The notes beneath the pieces were generated by a model. That model had not been told where the DNA came from and did not search any database. It saw only the letters and a program-made list of their open reading frames with translations. Shown piece after piece: positions 50,451-61,363 of a stretch of DNA of 64,000 nucleotides. This DNA comes from Hydrolagus colliei (lineage: Eukaryota). The position numbers were made by a program, and so were the translations under genes. The stretch is taken from positions 372,001-436,000 of the forward strand of contig CM068774.1 in the NCBI GenBank assembly GCA_035084275.1. Direction: 5' to 3'. How positions within the stretch are numbered: position 1 is the first letter of the stretch; every line of letters begins with the position of its first letter.

Positions 50451-51039
50451 ACAACAAAATAATACTGTGGTCACTCAACCCACTGTGTGTGGGGGACGCT
50501 GCTGTGCGCAATTGGCTGCCGCGTTTCACCCACAAATATATACAGTCAATTGGCTTTACAGTGTATCCTGTGAAGCGCTTTGAGACAAAGGATTATTATT
50601 GTTGATAATATGGGTTTTGGGGATTTTCAGAGACAGAAAGTGTGTGAACACCAAGCGATGGAGGAGGAGAGAGAGTTATTACTTTCTGTATTTTCCCGAT
50701 TCCAGACTTTCATACGTGTCATTAGCATGTTCACCCAGCCCCTAAGGGAGAGAGAAGAGTGTGTGAGAGAGAGAGAGGGGGAGAGTGTGTGTGAGAGAGA
50801 GTGAGAGGGGGAGAGGAAGAGAGTGTGAGAGAGAGAGGCAGTGTGTGTGAGAGAGGGAGAGGGTAAGAATTACTTAAATGGACTATAAGAAGAGTTTTCA
50901 AATCTTTGTCCAGTTTATTATTTGATGCCCCAAAGTGGATGTAAAACCTGGACAATCTTGACTGAACTTAAGGAATGTGAGCCAGAGAGTTTGGACCTAA
51001 TACAGTGAGGTCTGTGTTTGTGAGTTTTGTGATTGTGTT

Positions 51040-51415
51040 GATGAAGGCTTGATGGACAGGTGTTATTCCTTTCCTAGCTCCACGTCCACCGCCCTAACCT
51101 CCCCACCATCGGTGGCCGGTCTTTCAGCCTCTCTGCTCCCACACTGTGGAACTCCATCCCACAATCCCTTCACCTCACTTCCTCTCTTTCCTCCTTCAAG
51201 GCCGGTCTTCCTCTTCGACTGTTCCTTCTGCTCCCCTCCTAACTCTCCCCCCTCTCCTACTCTCTTTCCCCTTCGCCCTACTCCAATCCTCCCACCTCAT
51301 GCCCCCCCCCACCCCCTGCTTGGGTTCTGAACCTGATTGTACAGAGCCTTGGGACGTCCTCCTGACATGAAAGTCTCTCTATAAATGTAACTTTGTAGTT
51401 GTTGTTGTTGTTGTT
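51040..51415 (+). mobile_element. L2 3' fragment
   Basis: ggccggtctttcagcctctctgctcccacactgtggaactcc... with (gtt)n tail. Confidence 0.75.
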
Positions 51416-51419
51416 TGGA

Positions 51420-51870
51420 CGAGATCTTCAAGGGATTTTACGACGTGACGGTGTCAAGAAAGGACAAGTAACTGTGGAATGGAACTCTTCACATGTGGTA
51501 ACAGAGGAACTCCAACTTCCTGAGATTAACATCCTGATAAACCTTGGGGCCTCCCATGTGTGGAGAGATGATTGGACGGATCAGTTCAGGAATGCGAATG
51601 GACAACCAAACTGTGAACTGTGATTGGGTAGAATGGCCTCTGGCTACACTGTATTTCATCACCATGTGTCCGAACTTTGGGGTGTAAAAGAACAAAACAA
51701 ATGGTGGGAATTTGGACACCATTGGGATACCAGTGGGACACTGTTGAGACAGTATCAGTGACATACTCTAGTCTATCTCATGGTCTGTGTGGGTTTGTGG
51801 CTAAACCATTAGCCAAAGGATTATTGGTGTGTTGGTGTCCCCAGGGAAGGTCAAGATGAGACTTGGAACT
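51420..51870 (+). mobile_element. Possible retroviral env TM C-terminal remnant
   Basis: Degraded frame ...VSELWGVKEQNKWWEFGHH...TLVYLMVCVGLWL (aromatic-rich membrane-proximal region plus hydrophobic segment). Confidence 0.35.
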
Positions 51871-51945
51871 GTTTAGTAACCCTCTTTATGATTAATAAAT
51901 TAACTTTTTTATTTATCCACTGCCTCTGTACTACCTACCTCAGGG

Positions 51946-51963
51946 TCATACCACATACACACC
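51946..51963 (-). CDS. Putative terminal exon of SLAM-like copy A (GVYVV*)
   Basis: Pyrimidine tract plus catgtag| acceptor. Phase 0 completes SVYT-GV. AATAAA at 51913-51908, about 33 nt after the stop. Confidence 0.45.
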   Translation of the reverse strand, partial: GVYVV

Positions 51964-52127
51964 CTACATGAGGGAGTGAGACAGAAAGAGAGAGACAGAG
52001 AAAGAGAGAAAGTTTGCGAAACAGAGGGAGTGAGAGTGAATAAAAGACTGCGAGAGAGTTTGAGAAAAACAGTGCAAGCGAGAGATGTGAGTGTGAGTGT
52101 GTGAGAGAGAGAGAGCGGCAGTGTAAG

Positions 52128-52159
<32 letters not shown>

Positions 52160-52288
52160 GCAGTGTGTGAGATAGAGAGAGATAGAGAGTGTGGGAGAGA
52201 GATTCCCTGCTCTCTCTGGCCAAGAAGTTCACAGATGGACAGAACGAGACGGCAAGTAAGAGAGAGAGAGAATAAAGTGAAGATTTAC

Positions 52289-52312
52289 CGTATAAACAGA
52301 TTCCTCCACTTT
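52289..52312 (-). CDS. SLAM-like copy A cytoplasmic micro-exon KVEESVYT
   Basis: tcacag|AAA ... ACG|gtaaat, 24 bp, phase 0-0. Confidence 0.6.
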
Positions 52313-52473
52313 CTGTGAAGAGACAGAATTATTATTACATCATTTTACAGTAAAGCTCCCTCTACACTGTGTGTCCACACTCCCAGGTCAGGGTTAGAGA
52401 CACAGTAAAGCTCCCTCTACACTGTGAGTGTAATCTCCTGACTTCCCCAAGTCTCTGTCCATCTCTTACTTAC

Positions 52474-52532
52474 TTGACGTTGGTTGCCTTTGGTTAAGGT
52501 GATGTTGCAATAGACTGGTGGGGGAGCTGTGT
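52474..52532 (-). CDS. SLAM-like copy A cytoplasmic exon DTAPPPVYCNITLTKGNQRQ
   Basis: tctag|AC ... CAA|gtaagt, phase 1-0. Confidence 0.75.
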
Positions 52533-52643
52533 CTAGAGAGAGAGAGAAAGAGAGAGAGAGAGATCAGCCGGGGACTGACACACACGGAAACACACAATAC
52601 ACAGTCACTACACTTGACTATACAGACTGAGAGAGATAATGAC

Positions 52644-52676
<33 letters not shown>

Positions 52677-52905
52677 TTGAGAGAGAGAGCGAGGCAGAGA
52701 GGGAGAGAAAGTGAGAGACTGCGAGTGAAAGGGAGAGAGAGACACACACACATATCACTGTAAATCCATCACTGTGATCTCCTGTGTCTCTCTGTCTCTC
52801 CCTGTTTCTCTCTCCGTCTCTGTTTCTCTCATTGTTTCTGTTTCGTTCTCTCTCTCCCCACTAATAGGATCAGATTAGTAAATCAATGAATAAACAGTCA
52901 CTGAC

Positions 52906-53019
52906 CTGCTCCGTTCCTGGTTCTCTTTTTGCAGATGATGAAAACTATAATGGCAGCCACTATAATAACTGGCACTGAGACACCAACAGCAATGGCCAGG
53001 GGGGTGACAACTGAATTGT
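52906..53019 (-). CDS. SLAM-like copy A TM exon (PLAIAVGVSVPVIIVAAIIVFIICKKRTR)
   Basis: tatag|AC ... GCAG|gtcagt, 114 bp, phase 1-1; hydrophobic helix followed by a basic stop-transfer segment. Confidence 0.88.
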
Positions 53020-53454
53020 CTATAAAACATGTCAAATATTAGTCATTTTCAAATCCATTTCTAGATCTTCACTTTCACTAAACTAACCCTAACCTAACAC
53101 ACACTCTCTCTCTCTCTCTCTCTCTCATTCTCAAACTCTCAGTCTCTCCATCTCTCAGTCTTTCACACTCTCACACACAAACGCACATTATACACACACA
53201 CTCTCAGTCTTTCTCTTTGTCTCACACTCTCTGTCACACTTTGTCTCTCTCCCCACCTCTTACACTCTTTCACTCTCCACCGTTTAATTTCTCATTCTGT
53301 TTCTCTCGCACTCTCTGACACTCTCTCTCAACACACTCTCTCTGACATCCTCGCTCACACTGTCTCACTCTCGCACACACTCTCACTTTCTCTGACACTC
53401 ACACTCTCTCACACACTCTCTTTCTCTAACACACTCTCTCTCTGACACACTCAC

Positions 53455-53733
53455 CATTAGACATCAAACAGATATCATGGGGGTGGAAGGAAATCTCTTT
53501 AGAATCCTCACTCACTGGGTTCCCAGCTTTACACGTGAACACAGTGTTACTGTCGTTTGGGGAGAGAGTGACAGAGAGCGTAGCGGTGTCACTGGGCTGG
53601 GAAATGGGCAAACGAACCCCATCTCTCTCCCACACAAAGATAACTGGTTTACCAGACTTCACATCACACGTCAGAGTCCCATTGCACTGGCCTTTAGTGA
53701 GAGAGGAGGTGATTTCAACTCCAGTCACTCGCT
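53455..53733 (-). CDS. SLAM-like copy A C2 domain exon
   Basis: aacag|AG ... AATG|gtgagt, 279 bp. Four-Cys SLAM pattern: CNGTLTC ... W ... FTCKAGNPVS ... HDIC. Confidence 0.9.
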
Positions 53734-53824
53734 CTGTTAGAGAGACAGAGAGATAGGGAGAGAGAGTTACTGAGAGAGAGTTAGTGAGATAGAGAGAGAG
53801 AGAGAGTGATAGAGAAAGAGAGAC

Positions 53825-54065
53825 TCAGAGATATAATAATAATCCTGGCATTTGATACAGCGCTTTTCACGTTTTCTAGACAGTGTCTCAAAGCGCTTCA
53901 CAGGATACACTGTAAAGTGTAGTGACTGTGTATATACTTGTGGGTGAAACGCGGCAGCCGATTGCACACAGCAGCGTCCCCCACCCCCCACCCCCCCCCC
54001 CCCACACACACACAGTTGAAATGACCAATGTTATTATTGTGGGGTTTTTGGAGGGATTATTATTA
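53825..54065 (-). mobile_element. SINE 3' portion in intron 2 of copy A
   Basis: Same core and tail as the 12930 SINE. Confidence 0.75.
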
Positions 54066-54188
54066 GGGGGTGGGGGGGGGGGGGGAGAGGGGGAGAGAGA
54101 GAGTGGGGGGGGGAGAGAGTGGGGGAGGGGGAGAGAGATAGTGGGGGGGGGAGAGAGAGTGGGGGGGGAGCGAGGAGACACAACTTAC

Positions 54189-54503
54189 CAAACACAGTGA
54201 GATTGTAGAGGTTTTTTCGTTTGATCCCCTTTTCTGTCACTGTCTCTACCCTATACACCCCAGTGTCTGTGAGCTGCAGGTCACTGATCTGTACAGTCAG
54301 GTTCTCTGTGTGAACAGCCACACGGTTTCTCATCTCCTCGCTCCCAAAGTAGTCAACCTTCCCAGCCTGATATTGCGCTAATACCTGGCCTGGGGTCTGG
54401 AGGATCCACTGAACACGTCTGATCTCCCCCAGGGAGAGAGACTGAGGGTATGGGAGCCACACACTGTCACCCAGTGTCCCATTAACAACAACAACAGCAT
54501 CAC
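54189..54503 (-). CDS. SLAM-like copy A V-domain exon
   Basis: tgtag|GT ... TTTG|gtaagt, 315 bp; Cys-less CD2/SLAM-type V domain. Confidence 0.9.
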
Positions 54504-54725
54504 CTACAGAGAGAGAGAGAGAGACTGAGAGACAGAGAGTGATTCAGAGAGACAGAGACTGAGAGAGAGACACACACAAACACAGATTAGACAGAGACAG
54601 GCAAACTCAGAGACACAGATAGAGGGAGACACACAGATAGATAGAGACACAAAAACAGACAGCAGTATTTGAGACAGTATTTTGCACAGAAATGAAGGTG
54701 ACAACAGAGAGAAGCCGCAGGCAGA

Positions 54726-55012
54726 ACTACACTGTACAATATAGACTGTGAGAGACACACACAGTCACTACACTGTACAATATAGACTGTGAGAGACACA
54801 CACAGTCACTACACTGTACAATATAGACTGAGAGAGACACACACAGTCACTACACTGTACAATATAGACTGTGAGAGACACACACAGTCACTACACTGTA
54901 CAATATAGACCGAGAGAGACACACACAGTCACTACAATGTACAATATAGACTGTGAGAGACACACACAGTCACTACACTGTACAATATAGACTGAGAGAG
55001 ACACACACAGTC
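54726..55012. repeat. 41-bp VNTR x7 in intron 1 of copy A
   Basis: Same unit as 37377-37620. Confidence 0.92.
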
Positions 55013-55786
55013 ACTACACAGAGACACAGAGAGAGGGAAGTGGGAGACATGAGTGAGACGTCAAAATAGAAAAAGGTCTGAACCCTCAATGGACCCATTC
55101 CTCAAGTACTAACCACAATATGTCTCCCTCTCTCTGTGTTTCACTCTCTGTCTCTCAGTCTCTCAGTCAATGACTCTCAATCTCACTCTCTGTGAATCTC
55201 TCTCTCAGTCTCTGTCTCTGAGTCTCTCTATCTCTCTCAGCACCTTTCACCCCCAGTGAGACGTCTCAAAGTGCTTCCCAGGCCTCTTTGTAAACTGTAG
55301 TGTCTGTGTGGTTAATGCGAGACTTAGAGAGACAGAGAGACATAAACAGGCACACACAGATAGAGAGACACATACATAGAGCACACATACTCACACAGAT
55401 AAACAGAGACACACTCATAGACACTCACACTCTCTCACACTGTCTCTCACCCTGTCTCTCACTAGCTCACACTCCCTCACACACATTCTCGTGCTCACTG
55501 TCTCTCGCACACACTCATTTCATTTCTCTCTCGCACATGCACTCTCACATTCTCTCCATCTCTATTTCTCTGCCACACACTCACTCTCTCTCTCNNNNNN
55601 NNNNNNNNNNNNNNNNNNNNNNNNNNNNNNNNNNNNNNNNNNNNNNNNNNNNNNNNNNNNNNNNNNNNNNNNNNNNNNNNNNNNNNNNNNNNNNNNNNNN
55701 NNNNNNNNNNNNNNNNNNNNNNNNNNNNNNNNNNNNNNNNNNNNNNNNNNNNNNNNNNNNNNNNCCCCCTCTCTCTCTCTCCCTAC

Positions 55787-55865
55787 CTCCATTGGCCAAA
55801 CCCAGGGTATATTGTACAGAAATGAAGGTGAGGACAGAGAGAAGTCGGGGGCAGTTAATAAACAT
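55787..55865 (-). CDS. SLAM-like copy A leader exon MFINCPRLLSVLTFISVQYTLGLANG
   Basis: ATG 55865, 79 bp, phase-1 donor. Confidence 0.82.
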
Positions 55866-56414
55866 TATTACTGTTTTGTGTCTTGAGACCAGGAAGTGGC
55901 CACACCACAACTGACACGGAAACCCAGTCACTACACTGTGCAATATAGACCGAGAGAGAGGGGGAGAAAGAGAGACACAGAGAGAGACTGATCGAGAGAG
56001 AGAGATGCAGAGACACAGAGAAAGACAGAGATACAGAGAGAGTGCAGGAATTAGAGAGTCTAGACACACATACTGTAAATAGTTGAAATTATAGTATCAG
56101 CATTAGTGATCATGTAGTGAACAATCGAGTCAATTAGTATGTGTTATACAAAAGATGCCATGTGGTTTGGAACACACACACACACACACACAGACACATA
56201 CACACACACATATACACACAATCAAACACATACACAGTTCACTGTAGAGACATTGAGGTAGACTTAAACTTTTGAATGTGATGAGATAACGGGATTGGGA
56301 GAATAGTGCTGAAAGGGCTGAGAGATCCTCAGATCAGTAAGTCACACAGGCAGAGCCAAACACAGGACAATCCAAACCAAAGACGGCGTAAATCGGGAGA
56401 TACCTGCACCACAT

Positions 56415-58609
56415 AGAATCATAGAATTTTACGGCACAAAAGGAGGCCATTCGGCCCATCTAGTCTGTGCCGGCTCTTTGAAAAGAGCGATTAAATCCCA
56501 CTGCCCTGCCCGCTCCCCATAGCCTAATAGACCTGTTCTCCCTAAATAAAGATCTAATTCCCTTTTAAAAGTTGTTATCGAATCAGCCTCCACCACCTTT
56601 TCAGGCAATGCATTCCAGATTCGAACAACTCGCTGAGTGAAAAAAATTCTCCTCAGCTCCCCTCTACTGCGCCTTGAAACTATTTTAAATCTGTGACCAC
56701 GAGTCACAGATTCACCCACGAGTGGAAATAGTTTTTCTCTATTTGCCCTGTCGAAACCCCTCATGATCTTATAAACCTCTATTAGGTCTCCCCTCAATCT
56801 TCTCTGCTCCAGAGAGAATAACCCTAGCCTATCTAGCCTCTCCTCATAGCTGAAGTCCCTCAATCCTGGCACCATCCTAGTAAATCTTCTTTGTACCCTT
56901 TCCAATGCCTTCACATCCTTTCTGTAGTGTGGTGACCAGAATTGAACACAGTATTCCAGCTGAGGCCTCACCAAAGTCCTATAGAGGTTAGTCAGCACTT
57001 CCTGACTTTTGTACTCTATACCCCTATTTATAAAGCCTAGTATCCCATATGCCTTCTTAACAGCCTTGTCTACCTGTCCTGCCACCTTCAACGAGTCACT
57101 AACACAAATCCACAGGTCTCTCTGTTCCTTCACACCATTTAAAATTGTACTATCTAGCCTATATTGCCTCCCTTCATTTCTTCTCCCAAAATGCATCACC
57201 TCACACTTCTCTGCATTAAACTTCATCTGCCATGTGTCTGCCCACTTTACCAATTTGTCTATATCCTCTTGCAGATGGCTACTATCCTCCTCACTATTTA
57301 CTATTCTCCCTAACTTAGTGTCATCTGCAAACTTGGAAACTGTACTCCGTACACCCAAGTCCAGATCATTGATGTAGATTACAAACAGCAATGGTCCCAA
57401 AACCGATCCCTATGGCACACCACTGCTCACTTCCCTCCAATCTGAAAAACATCCGCTCACTACAACTCTCTGCTTTCTGTCTCGCAGCCAGTTGTGGATC
57501 CACGCTGCCACTGTCCCTTTTACGCCATGGGCCTTTAATTTCATAATAAGTCTCTCATGTGGCACTTTGTCAAATGCCTTTTGAAAGTCCATGTAAACTA
57601 CATCAACTGCGCTACCATTATGCACCCATTCCGTTACCTCATCAAAAAATTCCATCAGATTTGTAAGGCAAGATTTGCCTTTAACAAATCCATGTTGACT
57701 GTCCTTTATTAGCCTATATCTTTCTAAGTGAAGATCTACCTTGTCCCTGATTATGGACTCTGGAAGTTTGCCCACTACCGACGTTAGACTGACTGGTCTG
57801 TAGTTACCAGGCTTGTCCTTCTGCCCCTTTTTATACAAGGGAGTAACATTAGCTATCCTCCAGTCCTCTGGCACGACCCCTGTGTCCAAGGAAGATTGAA
57901 AGATCGTGGCCAGAGTCCCTGCTATTTGCTCCCGTGCCTCACTTCGTAACCTAGGGTGCATCCCATCCGGACCAGGTGACTTATCCACCTTGAGCGATGT
58001 CAACCTTTTTAGCACTTCCTCTCTGGTTATAATTATTCTATCCATTTCTCCTACCCTCTCCTCTAATACCATGGCATTGGCTGTATCATTTTCTTTTGTG
58101 AAGACAGAGGCGAAGTACTCATTCAGTACATCAGCCATGCCCTCTGCCTCCACAATGAGATTTCCTCCTAGGTCCCTAATTGGCCCCACCCTATCCTTGA
58201 CCAACCTTTTACTCTGAATATGTTGGTAAAAAACCTTAGGGTTCCCCTTAATCTTACTCGCTACTTGTTTTTCATGCAGTCTCTTTGCCCCTCTAACTTC
58301 CTTTTTTAGTTCTATCCTACACTTCCTATATTCTGCTTTGTTCCCTTCTGAATTTTGAGCCTGACACTTATCATAAGCCTCTTTTTTTTGTTTGATTTTG
58401 GCCCCGATTTCCTTAGTCATCCAGGGAGGTTTGGATGCCTTACATTTCACCTTTGTGGGGATGCTTTTGACCTGTGCCTGAACTATCTCCTCTTTGAACG
58501 CTGCCCACTGCTCGTTAGTTGTCTTACCTGCCAATTTTTCTTTCCAATCCACCTTGGCTAGGTCCCACCTCAACTCATTGAAATTAGCACTTTTCCAGTT
58601 GAGTGTCCT
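56415..58609 (-). mobile_element. Young 5'-truncated CR1, specific to duplicate A
   Basis: Near-identical to 5990-8175 and flanked by CACAT (56410-14, 58610-14). The empty site in copy B is at ~38953-38960. Confidence 0.95.
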
Positions 58610-58849
58610 CACATCATGTTTCTTTTATGTTTAGAATGATGATTTTCATTGAATCTTGTTAAGAGAGTATTCTAGTCGGCATTTAAGTGTGACAGTATTG
58701 ATGCTGTGTGGGGTCACTGTGATATATAATGCAGATGATATGTAACCCTCACTCATGTTTTTCTGCAATTAACAATAAAACTCTTTAAAATATATATATT
58801 TGGTGTTGTTTCTGACAAACGCTCCAAGGTGCGAAAACCTCACATAATT

Positions 58850-58867
58850 TGGTGACCACGAAGGCAC
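58850..58867 (+). promoter_or_regulatory. Primer-binding site, tRNA-Arg type (copy A)
   Basis: TGGTGACCACGAAGGCAC, a 16/18 match to the recalled TGGCGACCACGAAGGGAC. Confidence 0.72.
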
Positions 58868-60984
58868 GGACAAGTGTCTTGGTCAAGAGACTAGGAGCCA
58901 ATACTGTAATACTGTCTGTCGGAACACAAGGGTTTGAAGCGTTTGGCTGAATCATACTCAAGTATATCTGGGGTTTCACATGTAAACTAAATAGATAAAT
59001 AAATGCAGACGACGGGGAACAAAACTAACAGAATGTTTGGGAAAGTGGGACCAACATTATTGGAAACCTACATCACTAAACAGGGAAGGACGTACAGTAT
59101 TCCTGGGGGATCAGAGGGTTTACATCAAACTATGGAGAATCATAAGGACCCATTAGAGGGAGCTATTGATTGGCCAGACTAGATGAGAGGACAGAAGCAA
59201 ACACGACCACCATCCGCCCACAGGAACAGGCCGAGAGGGCGATACCGTCACAATCTACTCTGCCGTGGTCATCAACATAGAAAGGGCAGAAAGGAAAGGG
59301 ACTGAGCTGCCAAAGGTGATGAAGGAATCCATGCGGCTGTTAGAGGATAGGGAGGCATCGTATTCACAGCAGATACAAGACGTTCAGACTAATCTGTCGG
59401 CCCAAACCCAGCACATTCCCACCTAACTTACTATCACCTCACAGCAAAATATAGTGTCTGGATCAGTGCTGCAGGGTCAACATGGGGCGGCAAGAGCAAG
59501 ACGGTTACGGAACTGGAAACACTCTAATGACCTGCCCTCAGAGTAGAGGAGGTGACAGCGGCAACTCAAACCCCAGGCCCAGAGGGTGACTCCGACAGTG
59601 GGGTCCATATGGAATCAGCCCCTCCGTGGCCAGAACCTCTCCCCGTCCCATACCAAGGATCTGCAGTGTCCAGGTAGCGACTCTTGGTGATAAAGGAAAG
59701 GACCAAACTCTTCCAACCCCACAAACCTCCCCTAATTATGGTTGGATGTCTAGTTCTACTGCAGTGTCAGGCCAGGATCAGTCCCCCTCACCTGCATCGA
59801 CATTTCGTGGACAATCTAATCAGGGAACATCCCCAGTGCTCCACCGTCCAATTCCTATGCTCAGGAACAGTGTCTCCAGCACCCCCTCCTACCCTACCAC
59901 CCCCGTATCATCAGGCAGCCCCTCTATTGGCCATTGGGTAGTACATTGGCCCAGGAGATTGGAAGAATCTCCCCCAATAAGCTCCTCCTAGTGTTCAGAA
60001 GTGAATGGTCAGTGTTTGGGGAGAGCCATGTGGAGTTAGATGGCTCTGGATTAGTTTGGGTTCTTTTCAAAACGACCGCATTGAGCCTGAGTTACAGGGG
60101 AGACGGCCANNNNNNNNNNNNNNNNNNNNNNNNNNNNNNNNNNNNNNNNNNNNNNNNNNNNNNNNNNNNNNNNNNNNNNNNNNNNNNNNNNNNNNNNNNN
60201 NNNNNNNNNNNNNNNNNNNNNNNNNNNNNNNNNNNNNNNNNNNNNNNNNNNNNNNNNNNNNNNNNNNNNNNNNNNNNGCAGACAGAGCAGGCGCTGGGCT
60301 CACTGGGGTCAATGTGGATCAGGACCTGAGAGAACACCCCCCACATTTGATCAGTGACTCTCTGTTTCAATGATCCCCAGTATATGGGGCGTACGAGGCC
60401 ACCCACGCACAGCCATTGTACAGACAAAACCTTCTGGACAAACTCCAGCATAAAATCCAGACTAAACTGTGGCTGGCGATCACAGCTGGAGACCAGTGGG
60501 ACGATCGCTTCCCTGTTGTTGTTAAAGCCTGGGGACAAACGCCAAATAATAACCGCTCGGACATTTCAACCTGAAGCCAAACAACAAGTGCTTTGTGGAG
60601 GGACCGAGACCCGAGGATCTCAGTCCAGGGCGCAGGGCACCTGGACAGCCAGGGAATAATGGGACCAGTGTTAGCCCAGGCCAGGAATGCAAACCACTCA
60701 CCCTGTCACATGTGTGAGGAGCACAGGGACTGGGCGCAGACTTGTCCACAGTGGCCAACAGCACTAGTGACACCCCCCCCCCCTCCGAGTGTGAGAGACA
60801 CACTTCCCAAGCAGACGGTCACTACTGTCCCTCGGACCAAAGTCTTGTTGAGTGCGTTACACAGTTTAAAAATTCACAGAACTTTGATTGTTGCCCCAAT
60901 GACACTGATAAACGTCCAGCCGCAGCTCAGCACAAACAGGTTGATGTGATTGAAGCTGTCTCTGCCGTGCAGCATCTCGGACAA

Positions 60985-61363
60985 GGCCATCTTGGACCAC
61001 TTTCCTGTCTCCTTCTCCTCTTCCATCCCTCTCTCCTCCACCAAGCCCTCAACTGTACTTTTCCACCCATGGAAAAGTCTCCCCCCTGAGACCCTAACAG
61101 AGACTCTCACATCCTCTGACCTCCTACCCGTCTGGTCTTCCACCCACTCGCCCCCTCTCTTCCCAGTTTCAGGTCACAGATGAAGACCTTTCACTTCGAC
61201 CGCACCTTTGGTCACCTTTCCCTGCCCCTGTCCCTGCCCCTGTCCCTGCCCCTGTCCCTGCCCCTGTCCCTGGCTCGGTCCCGGGATCCGCTATTGTGAA
61301 GCTGTGAGACGCTGTCTGGCGTGGAGGGCGCTGTATATATCACAGTTGTTGTTGTTGTTGTTG
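60985..61363 (+). mobile_element. L2 3' end inserted in the ERV (copy A, longer than in B)
   Basis: Same insertion site as 41335-41606; (cccctg)n tract and (gtt)n tail. Confidence 0.85.
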
